Of a stretch of DNA of 64,000 nt, positions 51,858-64,000 are shown piece after piece. The DNA comes from Octopus vulgaris. Lineage: Eukaryota. Each line of letters begins with the position of its first letter. The stretch's first letter is position 1. The DNA lies in contig OX597825.1 in assembly GCA_951406725.2 (NCBI GenBank), positions 62,558,001 to 62,622,000 on the forward strand, written 5' to 3'. The notes under the pieces were generated by a model. It worked only from the letters and a program-made list of their open reading frames with translations. It was not told where the DNA came from and did not search any database. Made by a program: the position numbers and the translations under genes.

Positions 51858-53130
51858 AATTACAAATATGCAGAGACGCAGATACATGGATCCAATCAAA
51901 AAATTTACAAGCCAAAATTTTGTTAAAGGAATTAGCAATAACTTTTCATTGTTATTTGTTTTTGTAACTTATTTATTTTTTTTATACCACTAAAGTACTA
52001 TCAAATTTTTTTTCACAAATATTTTTGATTGGAAATGTATTTCTTCCATTTTATGATAAATTATTTTATTCATTTGTGTCTGCTATCTGTTGACTGTGTT
52101 GAATTAGACTATGTCAAGTAAACCATGACAAGTTGTTTTAAACTCAGATTGGAGTTCCTTCGTCAAAGCAATAATTACAAATATGCAGAGACGCAGATAC
52201 ATGGATCCAATCAAAAAATTTACAAGCCAAAATTTTGTTAAAGGAATTAGCAATAACTTTTCATTGTTATTTGTTTTTGTAACTTATTTATTTTTTTTTA
52301 TACCACTAAAGTACTATCAAATTTTTTTTCACAAATATTTTTGATTGGAAATGTATTTCTTCCATTTTATGATAAATTATTTTATTCATTTGTGTCTGCT
52401 ATCTGTTGACTGTGTTGAATTAGACTATGTCAAGTAAACCATGACAAGTTGTTTTAAACTCAGATTGGAGTTCCTTCGTCAAAGCAATAATTACAAATAT
52501 GCAGAGACGCAGATACATGGATCCAATCAAAAAATTTACAAGCCAAAATTTTGTTAAAGGAATTAGCAATAACTTTTCATTGTTATTTGTTTTTGTAACT
52601 TATTTATTTTTTTTTTATACCACTAAAGTACTATCAAATTTTTTTTCACAAATATTTTTGATTGGAAATGTATTTCTTCCATTTTATGATAAATTATTTT
52701 ATTCATTTGTGTCTGCTATCTGTTGACTGTGTTGAATTAGACTATGTCAAGTAAACCATGACAAGTTGTTTTAAACTCAGATTGGAGTTCCTTCGTCAAA
52801 GCAATAATTACAAATATGCAGAGACGCAGATACATGGATCCAATCAAAAAATTTACAAGCCAAAATTTTGTTAAAGGAATTAGCAATAACTTTTCATTGT
52901 TATTTGTTTTTGTAACTTATTTACTTTTTTTTTATACCACTAAAGTACTATCAAATTTTTTTCCAGAAATATTTTTGATTGGAAATGTATTTCTTCCATT
53001 TTATGATAAATTATTTTATTCATTTGTGTCTGCTATCTGTTGACTGTGTTGAATTAGACTATGTCAAGTAAACCATGACAATTTGTTTTAAACTCAGATG
53101 GGAGTTCCTTAGTCAAAGCAATAATTACAA
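51858..53130. repeat. Tandem repeat, 4 x 315-317 bp
   Basis: Units start at 51858, 52173, 52489, 52806; near-identical; junction microhomology aattacaa. Confidence 0.97.
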
Positions 53131-53987
53131 TCATTTAGGAACCTTGTTTGTACATACATGAGTTTAAAATTATACAGTAAATGTAATCATTCACCATTTA
53201 CTTCAACAACACTCATTTCGAAACATTTTTTTTTCATTTTTATGGGTCTTTCTTTATCATAAGCAAGTTGTTAGACACATAATTCAAAATAAATATAATG
53301 CTTGACTTTATCCCAGAACATAGATTAATGAAAAGAATACTTTCTAATTATATTGACAGTGCATTTGTTTATGCCACTCTATTCAGGGAATGCTAATATG
53401 GTTATGTGATCCATAAACGTCTGAAGATACAATAAATTCACTCGGACTTGCACATGTATGAAAGTTACTTTCAAGGGAACAATTAAGTGAACGTGATGAG
53501 AAATGGATTTTACTTTTGGCATTTGTGAATAATTGCTAATACCAAGGGTATAGGACAAAAGTCTTTTGGTGTTATATCTTTTAATATATTCTGCTGGTTT
53601 CAAACAAGCAAGGGAAATTCAACACAGTTGATATGTGTTTAGTTTTAAAGTGAAAAACTCGAACATAGTATCGACAATCTACAGCTTACTTTGAACCATG
53701 CAGACATGGCCTGGACACTAATTGTACTTGCATGTAAAACTACAATTACTAATTGTTGGTGAACTTCCAGAGTTAAGTATTGTTGCATATTGTAGTTTGT
53801 AGTTTCATACATTTAACATTTATCCTAAATCTATCCACAGAGGAAAAATACAGAAACCTTACGTCTTTATATCATAAAAAATTATCATTTATAATGAAAT
53901 AATAAGAATAATAACCATGAGATTATTGTGCAATGTTCAGATGCACTACAACATATACAAGTACATATATATGTTTTAAATTTCTAA

Positions 53988-54314
53988 AAAAGGAGCACTC
54001 CATCGGTTGCGGCGATGAGGGTCCCAGCTGATACGATCAACGGAACATCCTGCTCATGAAATTAACATGCAAGTGGCTGAGCACTCCACAAACACTTGTA
54101 CCCTAAATGTAGTTCTCAGAGAGATTCAGCGTGACACAGAGTGTGACAAGGCTGCTGGTCCTTTGAAATACGGGTACTACTCATTTCTGCCAGCTGAGTG
54201 GACTGGAGTAACAGGAAATAAAGTGTCTTGCTTAAGGACCCAACGCGCCACTGGGAATTGAACTCACGACTTTACGATCATAAGCTGAATGCCCCAAACC
54301 ACTAAGCCACACAC
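53988..54314 (-). mobile_element. tRNA-derived SINE (C-type head, different 3' half)
   Basis: Minus strand tggcttagtggtt...gagttcaattccc...ctccagtccactcagctggcagaaatgagt; imperfect TSD ttta(a/g)atttcta. Confidence 0.8.
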
Positions 54315-56184
54315 ATTTAGATTTCTAATTTGAATATAAATAGCTAAATAACTGGAGCCCTTGAAGTGTGTCAATAATTCTTGAAAGTTGAAGTATCTTC
54401 TGGTTCTGAAATGAAAGTCCAGTTGTTAAGTTATGTTAAGGATGTGCTTTTCACCAGGAGAGACCATTGGTGATAAAGTGACCCAATATTTTGAGTGATC
54501 TTGAGGAGTTTAGTTGCATGATGCTCATGTTTAAGGAAGTGTCATGCAATGATGTATCATGGTATGTGTAGCACTAATGCTTTGTTGCCATTGAATGAAA
54601 TGACGACGACGATGATGATGATGAAGACGACAATGATGATGTCGATGGTGATGCTTAAATGTATACAAAATGACACAAGACTTAGATGAAATTACCTCAA
54701 GAAGATTCTTAAATAAAAACTTTGATGAGATGGAGTGCTGGAGGTGGAAATACCGGCTTAAATGAAAAGGTGATTGGTTTAATTCATTACATTCCTAAAA
54801 TTAGATAATATATATGTTATCTTGGATTTCCTTCTTTCCATAACCAAATACATAAGTACTCTTTGTATTTTCTGATAGATTATGAAACTACATATCAGTA
54901 AATTAAATATTTATTCAGTAATTCTGTACCAGTCATTCTATTATTGTCGTCGTTGTTGTTGTTGTATTAAACCACTAATCTATACCAATTGGATAATAAT
55001 AAAAAAAATTAGAAAGAAAATAATAACAAAATTGTTACATTTGTACTAAGATGCACTTATGCTGAAATATAAAACTGAAAGTGTCTAGCATTTTATGAAA
55101 GTGATGCTAATACAAGATGTATATTTTAGGAAATATATACACTGGAAACTTTAAATAAGAGAGAAGACAGATTTCTAAGCTGAAAGAAACTTTATGGACA
55201 GTGTTAGGCTCGGATTACAAGGTTAAATTTTTAAAATAATTACTTTTAACATGAAAGTTTGGAATATGTCAAGACTAGTAATTCTACAGTACATTGGCAA
55301 ACTTGATACATAAGATAAAAATCATTAATCTTAACTGATAACAACAATTCTCTTAATATTGGCATTAGAAGTAGAAGAATTCCATCGAATTCTTTATCAA
55401 TCACAGAAGTCTTCCTAATCTGGCAAGTGTGCTTTCATAAGAGATTTTCTCAGTGATAGTGTGTGCAGATGTTGTGCTAAAGTAGAGCTATAAATGATAT
55501 AATTGTATAAGAATGAAGCCGAATAGATATGTTGTCTTACTGTAATAAACTGAAATAGCTACCGATTTATCTATTTCAATATTCAATAACACAGAAATCA
55601 ATTTCGGAAAAGTAGCTTTTCGCATATTGCTTTAAAGGTAGAAAACAATGTACTTACCATATCTATTCTGAAGAGATAGAGAACGGGGGTGAGCAAGTGG
55701 GCATTATCATCAGTTTTGTGTGTTTGGTTTTAGAATTGTCATAGAAACATTTTTTCATCAAATTCCAGACTACATACAGCAAATGTGAAAAAAGAAAAAA
55801 AAAAAAGAAAAATCATAGAAGTAAACGTTGAGAAGACAATGACAAGATAAAATAATTATTATTAGGCAAAAACTAAACCATTTGGATTCTAAGAAGCTAA
55901 GTGATATCAATCTTCTGTTTGCATATTAGCTCTGAAATCTTGATATCAATCTGTAAGCTAAAGTCATTTTTATTGATTAATGTACATTTTTTTATGTCAC
56001 TTTAATGTAAAATAAGCTTTCTAGTTGAACAAAAAAGTACTTTATTTAATAGGTCTACATAAAGGCTGTATGATAAGAGTTCACGAAATGTGTGAAGCCT
56101 ACATTTTATTAATAAAGTTTCATTTTGAAATGAAAAATTACTAAAATGGTACGTGCGTATGTGTGCACACATGTTTGTGCGTGT

Positions 56185-56185
56185 A

Positions 56186-56241
<56 letters not shown>

Positions 56242-56257
56242 TGTTTGTGTGTGTGTT

Positions 56258-56330
<73 letters not shown>
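56185..56330. repeat. (TG)n microsatellite
   Basis: Direct sequence. Confidence 0.98.
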
Positions 56331-56332
<2 letters not shown>

Positions 56333-56575
56333 TAAATTAAAGCTATTTAGTAATTTGAAAGGAAATGATAAAGGAAATTTAAGAATACCATAAACAATCT
56401 TCTGAGTTCTTCAGCTGCTGAAGGAAGGCAAAAATAATTTATAATTCTATTTAATAAAGATTCTCTTATATTATCTTTCTTTATTTCTTTTATTTAAAAA
56501 AAGAATACTAAGTCAAATAAGAGATTTATCTGAAGTTACTGTTAAAAATGTACAGTATACTAAAACAATAATATT

Positions 56576-57175
56576 CGTTTCTACTCTAGGTACACAGACA
56601 GAAATTTTTGGGGAGGGGGCCAGTCAATTAGATCGAACGCAGTATGCAACTGGTACATTGCCTACACAAAGATGAAAGGCAATGTAGAATTTGAACTCAG
56701 AACATAAAGACAGACAAAATACCTATTTCTTTATTACCCACAAAGGGCTAAACATAGAGGGGACAAACAAGGACAGACATAGGTATTAAGTCGATTACAT
56801 TGACCGACCCCAATGCGTAACTGGTACTTAATTTATCGACCCAAAAAAGATGAAAGGCAAAGTCAATCGCAGCAGAATTTGAACTCACAACATAACGACA
56901 GACGAAATACGGCTACGCATTTTGCCTGGCGTGCTAACGTTTCTGCCAGCTTGTTGCCTTATTCCTTTCTACTCTAGGCACAAGGTCTGAAATTTTGAGG
57001 GAGGGGCCAGTCAATTAGATCGCCCCTAGTATGCGGCAGGTACTTAATTTATCGACCCTGAAAGGATGAAAAACAAAGTCGACCTCAGCAGAATTTGAAC
57101 TCAGAACATAAAGACAGACGAAATACCAGTAAGCATTTCGCCCGGCATACTAACGTTTCTGCCAGCTAGCCACCT
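56576..57175 (-). mobile_element. SINE B trimer (B2-B1-B2)
   Basis: Three bodies; 18-bp TSD tactaaaacaa(t/g)aatatt at 56558 and 57176. Confidence 0.88.
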
Positions 57176-57346
57176 TACTAAAACAAGAATATTGAGAATG
57201 TACATAATATCATCATCACTATCAATCATCATCATCATCAACTTCCTCACCATTTTAGCATCCACTTCTTCCCATGGTTTGAATGGAAATTATTACAGCA
57301 GATTTTCTACAGTTCTATATTTCAGAGATGAGGAATTCTGCACACT

Positions 57347-59832
57347 ATTTACTGTTTTACTCTTTTACTTGTTTCAGTCATTTGACAGTGGCCATGCTGC
57401 AACACCGCCTTTAGTTGAGCAAATCGACCCCAGGACTTATTCTTTGTAAGACAAGTACTTATTCTATCGGTCTCTTTTGCCAAACTTCTAAGTTACAGGG
57501 ACGTAAACACACCAGCATCTGTTGGGGGAACAATGACAGACACACAACACATACACACTCACATACATATATATATGTAACTTAGTGGTTCGGCAAAAGA
57601 GGACCCCAGGACTTATTCTTTGTAAGACAAGTACTTATTCTATCGGTCTCTTTCACCAAACTGCTAAGTTACGGGGACGTAAACACACCAGCATCAGTTG
57701 GGGGAACAAACACAGACACACAACACATACACACTCACATACATATATATATGTAACTTAGTGGTTCGGCAAAAGAGGACCCCAGGACTTATTCTTTGTA
57801 AGACAAGTACTTATTCTATCGGTCTCTTTCACCAAACTGCTAAGTTACGGGGACGTAAACACACCAGCATCAGTTGGGCGAACAAACACAGACACACAAC
57901 ACATACACACTCACATACATATATATATGTAACTTAGTGGTTCAGCAAAAGAGGACCCCAGGACTTATTCTTTGTAAGACAAGTACTTATTCTATCGGTC
58001 TCTTTTGCCAAACTGCTAAGTTACGGGGACGTAAACACACCAGCATCAGTTGGGGGTACAAACACAGACACACAACACATACACACTCACATACATATAT
58101 ATATGTAACTTAGTGGTTCAGCAAAAGAGGACCCCAGGACTTATTCTTTGTAAGACAAGTACTTATTCTATCGGTCTCTTTTGCCAAACTGCTAAGTTAC
58201 GGGGACGTAAACACACCAGCATCAGTTGGGGGTACAAACACAGACACACAACACATACACACTCACATACATATATATATGTAACTTAGTGGTTCAGCAA
58301 AAGACCCCAGGACTTATTCTTTGTAAGACAAGTACTTATTCTATCGGTCTCTTTTGCCAAACTGCTAAGTTACGGGGACGTAAACACACCAGCATCAGTT
58401 GGGGTAACAAACACAGACACACAACACATACACACTCACATACATATATATATGTAACTTAGTGGTTCAGCAAAAGACCCCAGGACTTATTCTTTGTAAG
58501 ACAAGTACTTATTCTATCGGTCTCTTTTGCCAAACTGCTAAGTTACGGGGACGTAAACACACCAGCATCAGTTGGGGGTACAAACACAGACACACAACAC
58601 ATACACACTCACATACATATATATATGTAACTTAGTGGTTCAGCAAAAGACCCCAGGACTTATTCTTTGTAAGACAAGTACTTATTCTATCGGTCTCTTT
58701 TGCCAAACTGCTAAGTTACGGGGACGTAAACACACCAGCATCAGTTGGGGTAACAAACACAGACACACAACACATACACACTCACATACATATATATATG
58801 TAACTTAGTGGTTCAGCAAAAGACCCCAGGACTTATTCTTTGTAAGACAAGTACTTATTCTATCGGTCTCTTTTGCCAAACTGCTAAGTTACGGGGACGT
58901 AAACACACCAGCATCAGTTGGGGGTACAAACACAGACACACAACACATACACACTCACATACATATATATATGTAACTTAGTGGTTCAGCAAAAGACCCC
59001 AGGACTTATTCTTTGTAAGACAAGTACTTATTCTATCGGTCTCTTTTGCCAAACTGCTAAGTTACGGGGACGTAAACACACCAGCATCAGTTGGGGGTAC
59101 AAACACAGACACACAACACATACACACTCACATACATATATATATATGTAACTTAGTGGTTCAGCAAAAGACCCCAGGACTTATTCTTTGTAAGACAAGT
59201 ACTTATTCTATCGGTCTCTTTTGCCAAACTGCTAAGTTACGGGGACGTAAACACACCAGCATCAGTTGGGGGTACAAACACAGACACACAACACATACAC
59301 ACTCACATACATATATATATGTAACTTAGTGGTTCGGCAAAAGAGGACCCCAGGACTTATTCGTTGTAAGACAAGTACTTATTCTATCGGTCTCTTTTGC
59401 CAAACTGCTAAGTTACGGGGACGTAAACACACCAGCATCAGTTGGGGGTACAAACACAGACACACAACACATACACACTCACATACATATATATATGTAA
59501 CTTAGTGGTTCAGCAAAAGACCCCAGGACTTATTCTTTGTAAGACAAGTACTTATTCTATCGGTCTCTTTTGCCAAACTGCTAAGTTACGGGGACGTAAA
59601 CACACCAGCATCAGTTGGGGGTACAAACACAGACACACAACACAGACACACAACACATACACACTCACATACATATATATATGTAACTTAGTGGTTCGGC
59701 AAAAGAGACCGATAGAAAAAGTACTAGGCTTACATTACAAAGAATTAGTCCCGGGGTCGATTTGATTGACTAAAGGCGGTGCTCCAGCATGGCCACAGTC
59801 AAATGACTGAAACGAGTAAAAGTGTAAAGAGA
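57347..59832. repeat. SINE A-derived tandem array (13 units, mostly 173-176 bp) between two outward-facing SINE tails
   Basis: Unit starts (gaccccagg) at 57426, 57602, 57778, 57954, 58130, 58303, 58476, 58649, 58822, 58995, 59170, 59346, 59519. Confidence 0.95.
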
Positions 59833-60118
59833 GTCAAATACCTAAGGGATACATGTGAATGTGCAGCAATAAGAAACTCCCGTTATATGTGAAGATAACT
59901 TGCTAATGACCTGAATTGATAAGTTGGTTTATCTCTTGTGTAACGCACAAATTTAACACAAAATGAGCAGCAGAGCAACATCGTTGTATTGTATAGCTTT
60001 GTGTTCAAGTAGTTTGTTTTATAACTCTGTCATTTCAAGTTTAGTTCCATTACACAGCAATTTGTGCAAGTATATGTACATATATATATTCTTTTTCTTT
60101 TTCTTTTTCATTTTTTTT

Positions 60119-60328
60119 CTCTTTACTTGTTTCAGTCATTTGACTGTGGCCATGCTGGAGCACCGCCTTTAATCGAAAAAACTCGACCCCGGGACTTATT
60201 CTTTGTAAGTCCAGTACTTATTCTATCGGTCTCTTTTGCCACACCGCTAAGTAATGGGGACATAAACACACCAGCATTGGTTGTCAAGCAATGCTAGGGG
60301 GACAAACACAGACACACAAACACACACA

Positions 60329-60372
<44 letters not shown>

Positions 60373-60843
60373 CGATGGGCTTCTTTTCAGTTTCCGTTTA
60401 CCAAATCCACTCACAAGGCTTTGGTCGGGCCGAGGCTATACGAGAAGACACTTGCCCAAGGTGCCACGCAGTGGGACTGAACCCGGAACCATGTGGTTGG
60501 TAAGCAAGCTACTTACCACACAGCCACTGCAGCCATGGCAGGACTTATTCTTTGTAAGCCTAGTACTTATTTTATCGACCTCTTTTGCTGAACCATGCAA
60601 ACATTGATTGTCAAGCGATGTGGAGGGGGGAGGGCAAACACAGACACATAAATATATACACATACAAATATATATATGAATACAATAGGTGTCATTCAGT
60701 TTCTGCCTACTAAATCCACTCACAAGGCTTTGGTCAGCCTGAGGCTATGGTAGAAGACACTTGCTCAAGGTGCCATGAAGTGGGACTGAACCCGGACCCA
60801 TGTCGTTGGTAAGCTACTTACCATACAGACATTCCTGCACCTA
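60119..60843 (-). mobile_element. Two tandem SINE A copies
   Basis: Full copy 60119-60530; tail-less older copy 60540-60843. Confidence 0.9.
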
Positions 60844-61150
60844 TATATTTCACTTTTGTATTTGGTTTTCAAGATTCTTTATTTCGCAAGATTCGTGTGT
60901 TGAAGAATATTTTGTTGTGTCTGGGGTGAGGGATTCTGCTTTAATGCCTTGTTAATTAACACACTCACCTGTTCAGTTTCCACTCATTTATTTATTTGAT
61001 CTTTTTTTCTAAAATTTTCATTGCTTCTTGCAACCTCTTCAATAGTTCTATTTGTTTATACCTCCATTCCTCCTTCAATTCTCTTTCTCCCTTCCTGCTC
61101 TTCTTCTCTCGACCTATGATGTCAAATTTCTTAACGGTATTTTAAAATTA

Positions 61151-61379
61151 AGACGGCGAGCTGGCAGAAACGTTAGCATGCTGGGCGAAATGCTTAGCAG
61201 TATTTCGTCTGCCACTACGTTCTGAGTTCAAATTCTGCCGAGGTCAACTTTGCCTTTTATCCTTTCGGGGTTGATTAAATAAGTACCAGTTATGCACAGG
61301 GGTCGATATAATCGACTTAATCCATTTGTCTGTCCTTTGACCTCTCTGTGTTTAGCCCCTTGTGGGTAGTAAAGAAATA
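61151..61379 (+). mobile_element. SINE family B monomer
   Basis: 15-bp TSD ggtattttaaaatta at 61136 and 61380. Confidence 0.92.
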
Positions 61380-61650
61380 GGTATTTTAAAATTACTAGCG
61401 TACCCTATGCACCTTTGTTTTTCATATATTATATATTATAGTTTCTTATATCTGTAAAAATGGCATATTAATGAACACTATTGTTTATAATCTCTTTCCT
61501 GATGAGATTGATACATTATTCCACATTATTCTTCCTCTCAGATTTGCTATAATGTATGAATTGAAACATATGTTGGTGATATGGTGATACAAATAATTTA
61601 AAAACATCTTGAGCATTTACTTCCATTTACCATTACTCTTATGTATATAT

Positions 61651-62064
61651 AGGGGCAGGAGTGGTTGTGTGGTAAGTAGCTTGTCTACCAACCACATGGT
61701 TCCGGGTTCAGTCCCACTGCGTGGCACCTTGGGCAAGCGTCTTCTACTATAGCCTTGGGCCGACCAAAGCCTTGTGAGTGGATTTGGTAGACGGAAACTG
61801 AAAGAAGCCCATCGTATATATGTATGTATATATATGCGTGTGTGTGTTTGTGAGTCCGTTTTTGTCCCCTAGCATTGCTTGACAACCAATGCTGGTGTGT
61901 TTATGCCCCCGTTACTTAGCGGTTTGGCAAAAGAGAGCGATAGAATAAGTACTGGGCTTACAAAAGAATAAGTCCCAGGGTCGAGTTGCTCGATTAAAGG
62001 CGGTACTCCAGCATGGCCACAGTCAAATGACTGAAACAAATAAAAGAGTAAAAGAGTAAAAGAG
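61651..62064 (+). mobile_element. SINE family A (young)
   Basis: Full length with (TAAAAGAG)3 tail. Confidence 0.93.
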
Positions 62065-62069
62065 AATAT

Positions 62070-63116
62070 TGTTACGGACCACCTGCCGTCGCTCGGTCGA
62101 ACGGGAAAGTTCGCCACGGAAACTCGGAGAGGAGAGAGAGAGACAACAACTACAACAACAGCCGCAGGAAGAGACACAGAGGCAACACAAAGAGGGCAAG
62201 GCAATTGGCTCACATTTAACAACTAGTTTATATGACTATTACAATTGTTACAACATCAATTACATATCAAGATACATCAGGTAAATACAAGCAAGTAACA
62301 GAATCAACACATCAAAGCATTTAAACTGTCTGGAGACAACAGTTCTGTTTCAAAACACATTAAAGGCATATACAATGTTCGTAGACAAATAAGTTCACGT
62401 TACAAATCAATGTTCAATTCACAACAGTTCACATTGTTCTTTTTTTTTTTACTGTCTCATTTCTTTTACATTTCAATACATCGATTCTTTTTCCTTCTCT
62501 TTTTCTTCTTTCTCTTTTTTCGTAACACGTATCAATACAATTCTTTTTACATAAATACCACAACTCTTTCCTTCTTTTTCTTCACATATCAAAACATAAT
62601 TAAACACAAACAAAACTTTACCGGGCATTCCTACTATAATAGCCAATGTCTCATACTGTATCCCATCTCTCTTAGCACTGCTAAATCCAACTTGCTAACC
62701 TCTTGCCTTGAATTCCAAATCCTCACTCCTAAATCCAACCGCTCGCCTTGACCACCAAATACCGACTGCCCAAAAACCTCTTGCTCTGTCACTACCCCCA
62801 ATCTCTCTTAGCTCTGTCGCAATCACTCTCTCTCTTAGCTCTGCAATACTCTCTGCCGGTCTTCCTCTGCCCCTCATCCTCTCTCATTCTACTGTCATCT
62901 CTCATGACAGCTCCCAGATTCCTTAATCTGTCTTTCTCAGCCCTTCATCCTCTCACTCAACATTTCTCGCACTGTCTCTCACACACTGAACTCTAATTCA
63001 CCTGACAGGGTCGGGGAGCTTCCCCAGAGCCAATTAATCAACCTGCATCTGGCAGAACAATGGATTCATTGCCAAATGTAGGTCGCCGTCAACTGTCCTC
63101 AAATTGAACCACAACA
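62070..63116. mobile_element. Solo LTR (Gypsy-like)
   Basis: TGTT...AACA termini, 4-bp TSD atat at 62066 and 63117, GC-richer than flanks, no credible ORF. Confidence 0.7.
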
Positions 63117-63139
63117 ATATATATGTATGTATATATATG

Positions 63140-63149
63140 TATATATCTA

Positions 63150-63202
<53 letters not shown>

Positions 63203-63215
63203 GTCTATCTATCTG

Positions 63216-63298
<83 letters not shown>

Positions 63299-63305
63299 GT
63301 CTATC
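63140..63305. repeat. (ATCT)n microsatellite
   Basis: Direct sequence. Confidence 0.98.
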
Positions 63306-63503
63306 TCGAAATGCGGAGTAGATGAAACAGAGACAACTGAAGAAGGGGAATATTCTTTATGCTGCATGTCTCGTTTCTCTGTTTATTTCCGTTGTTCAAA
63401 AACAAAGTTCGTTTTCTATGTTTTTGTTTTTATGCTTTCGTTTCTCATTGTGTTCAACGTTTTTTTGATGTCCTTTACCCATTATGCATATATTTATATA
63501 TTA

Positions 63504-63546
<43 letters not shown>

Positions 63547-63607
63547 CATACATACACACATAAATTACATACATACATACATACATACATAAATACATAC
63601 ATATATG

Positions 63608-63921
63608 TCATATTAGAGGAAAAAGGACAACACAAATAAGGCAGGACGAGAATCTCATGTCATTTAGAATAATTTAATTAAGTTAAAGTGAATTTGATGC
63701 CTTACAGCTGTTTCTGGGATATTCCAAGTGATAGGCTAGCTTGTCCGTACACTGGGTATTCCGTCATCAGAGACAAGGTGAGTATGTATGAAAGTTCTAG
63801 AAATAGATATCCCAGAAACAGCTGTAAGTCTTCAAATTAACCTTACCCTAATTAAATTATTCTAAATGACTTGAAATACTCATTCAGCCTTGGTTTTTCA
63901 TTATTTCCCTCTAATATGATA
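63608..63921. mobile_element. Penelope-like fold-back element
   Basis: Diverged inverted arms ~63608-63722 / 63807-63921 next to (TA)/(TACA)n. Confidence 0.7.
63698..63775 (-). ncRNA. Type I hammerhead ribozyme motif
   Basis: Minus strand: tgtct-CTGATGA-cggaatacccagtg...cacttggaatatccca-GAAAC-agct-GTA-aggca; palindromic loop III, imperfect stem II. Confidence 0.7.
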
Positions 63922-64000
63922 TATACCTGCCAACATAAATGCCTACAAGGGATCCCTAGCTCCAGTTTCAGCTGTGAACCTGGAACCTAATGGATGAACA

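Noticed and set aside
52499-53043. Duplicated 75-aa ORFs in the 316-bp repeat
   Set aside because: Frame depends on homopolymer length and differs in the other units; low complexity
57426-59707. CRISPR-like array
   Set aside because: Units are wholly repeated with no unique spacers, derive from SINE A, and the context is eukaryotic with no cas genes
63325-63372. Hammerhead (gagaca-a-CTGAAGA...tgtctc)
   Set aside because: Stem I and the 5' core are present but there is no GAAA or cleavage triplet; at best a decayed relic

Overview
AT-rich, repeat-dense eukaryotic DNA, most likely a coleoid cephalopod (Octopus-like), inferred from the tRNA-derived SINE families and long (TA)n/(CA)n/(AAT)n tracts. 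Nearly all ORF-track entries are microsatellite or SINE read-throughs. Real content: (1) a chain of short, phase-compatible candidate exons of an unidentified + strand host gene (best: 5140-5252, 10726-10795, 13700-13777, 14186-14237, 21668-21694); (2) about 20 copies of a CORE-like SINE (A), about 10 loci of a SINE (B) that occurs as monomers/dimers/trimers with TSDs, and other SINEs; (3) a Tc1 transposase relic, a Dong/R4 LINE 3' end in (AAT)n, RTE relics, hAT- and piggyBac-like MITEs, and a ~1.05 kb solo LTR; (4) a 4 x ~316 bp tandem repeat and a 13-unit SINE-derived satellite. The most striking signal is a set of non-coding fold-back elements lodged in (TA)n microsatellites that carry minimal type I hammerhead ribozyme motifs of the Penelope-like-element kind (intact core at 50021-50104/50877-50960 and 63698-63775; decayed at 6228, 19200, 40235, 49299). 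One of these is a tRNA-headed, SINE-like element with a hammerhead in its tail. All family names come from motif recognition by eye, not from database searches, and boundaries of degenerate repeats are approximate.
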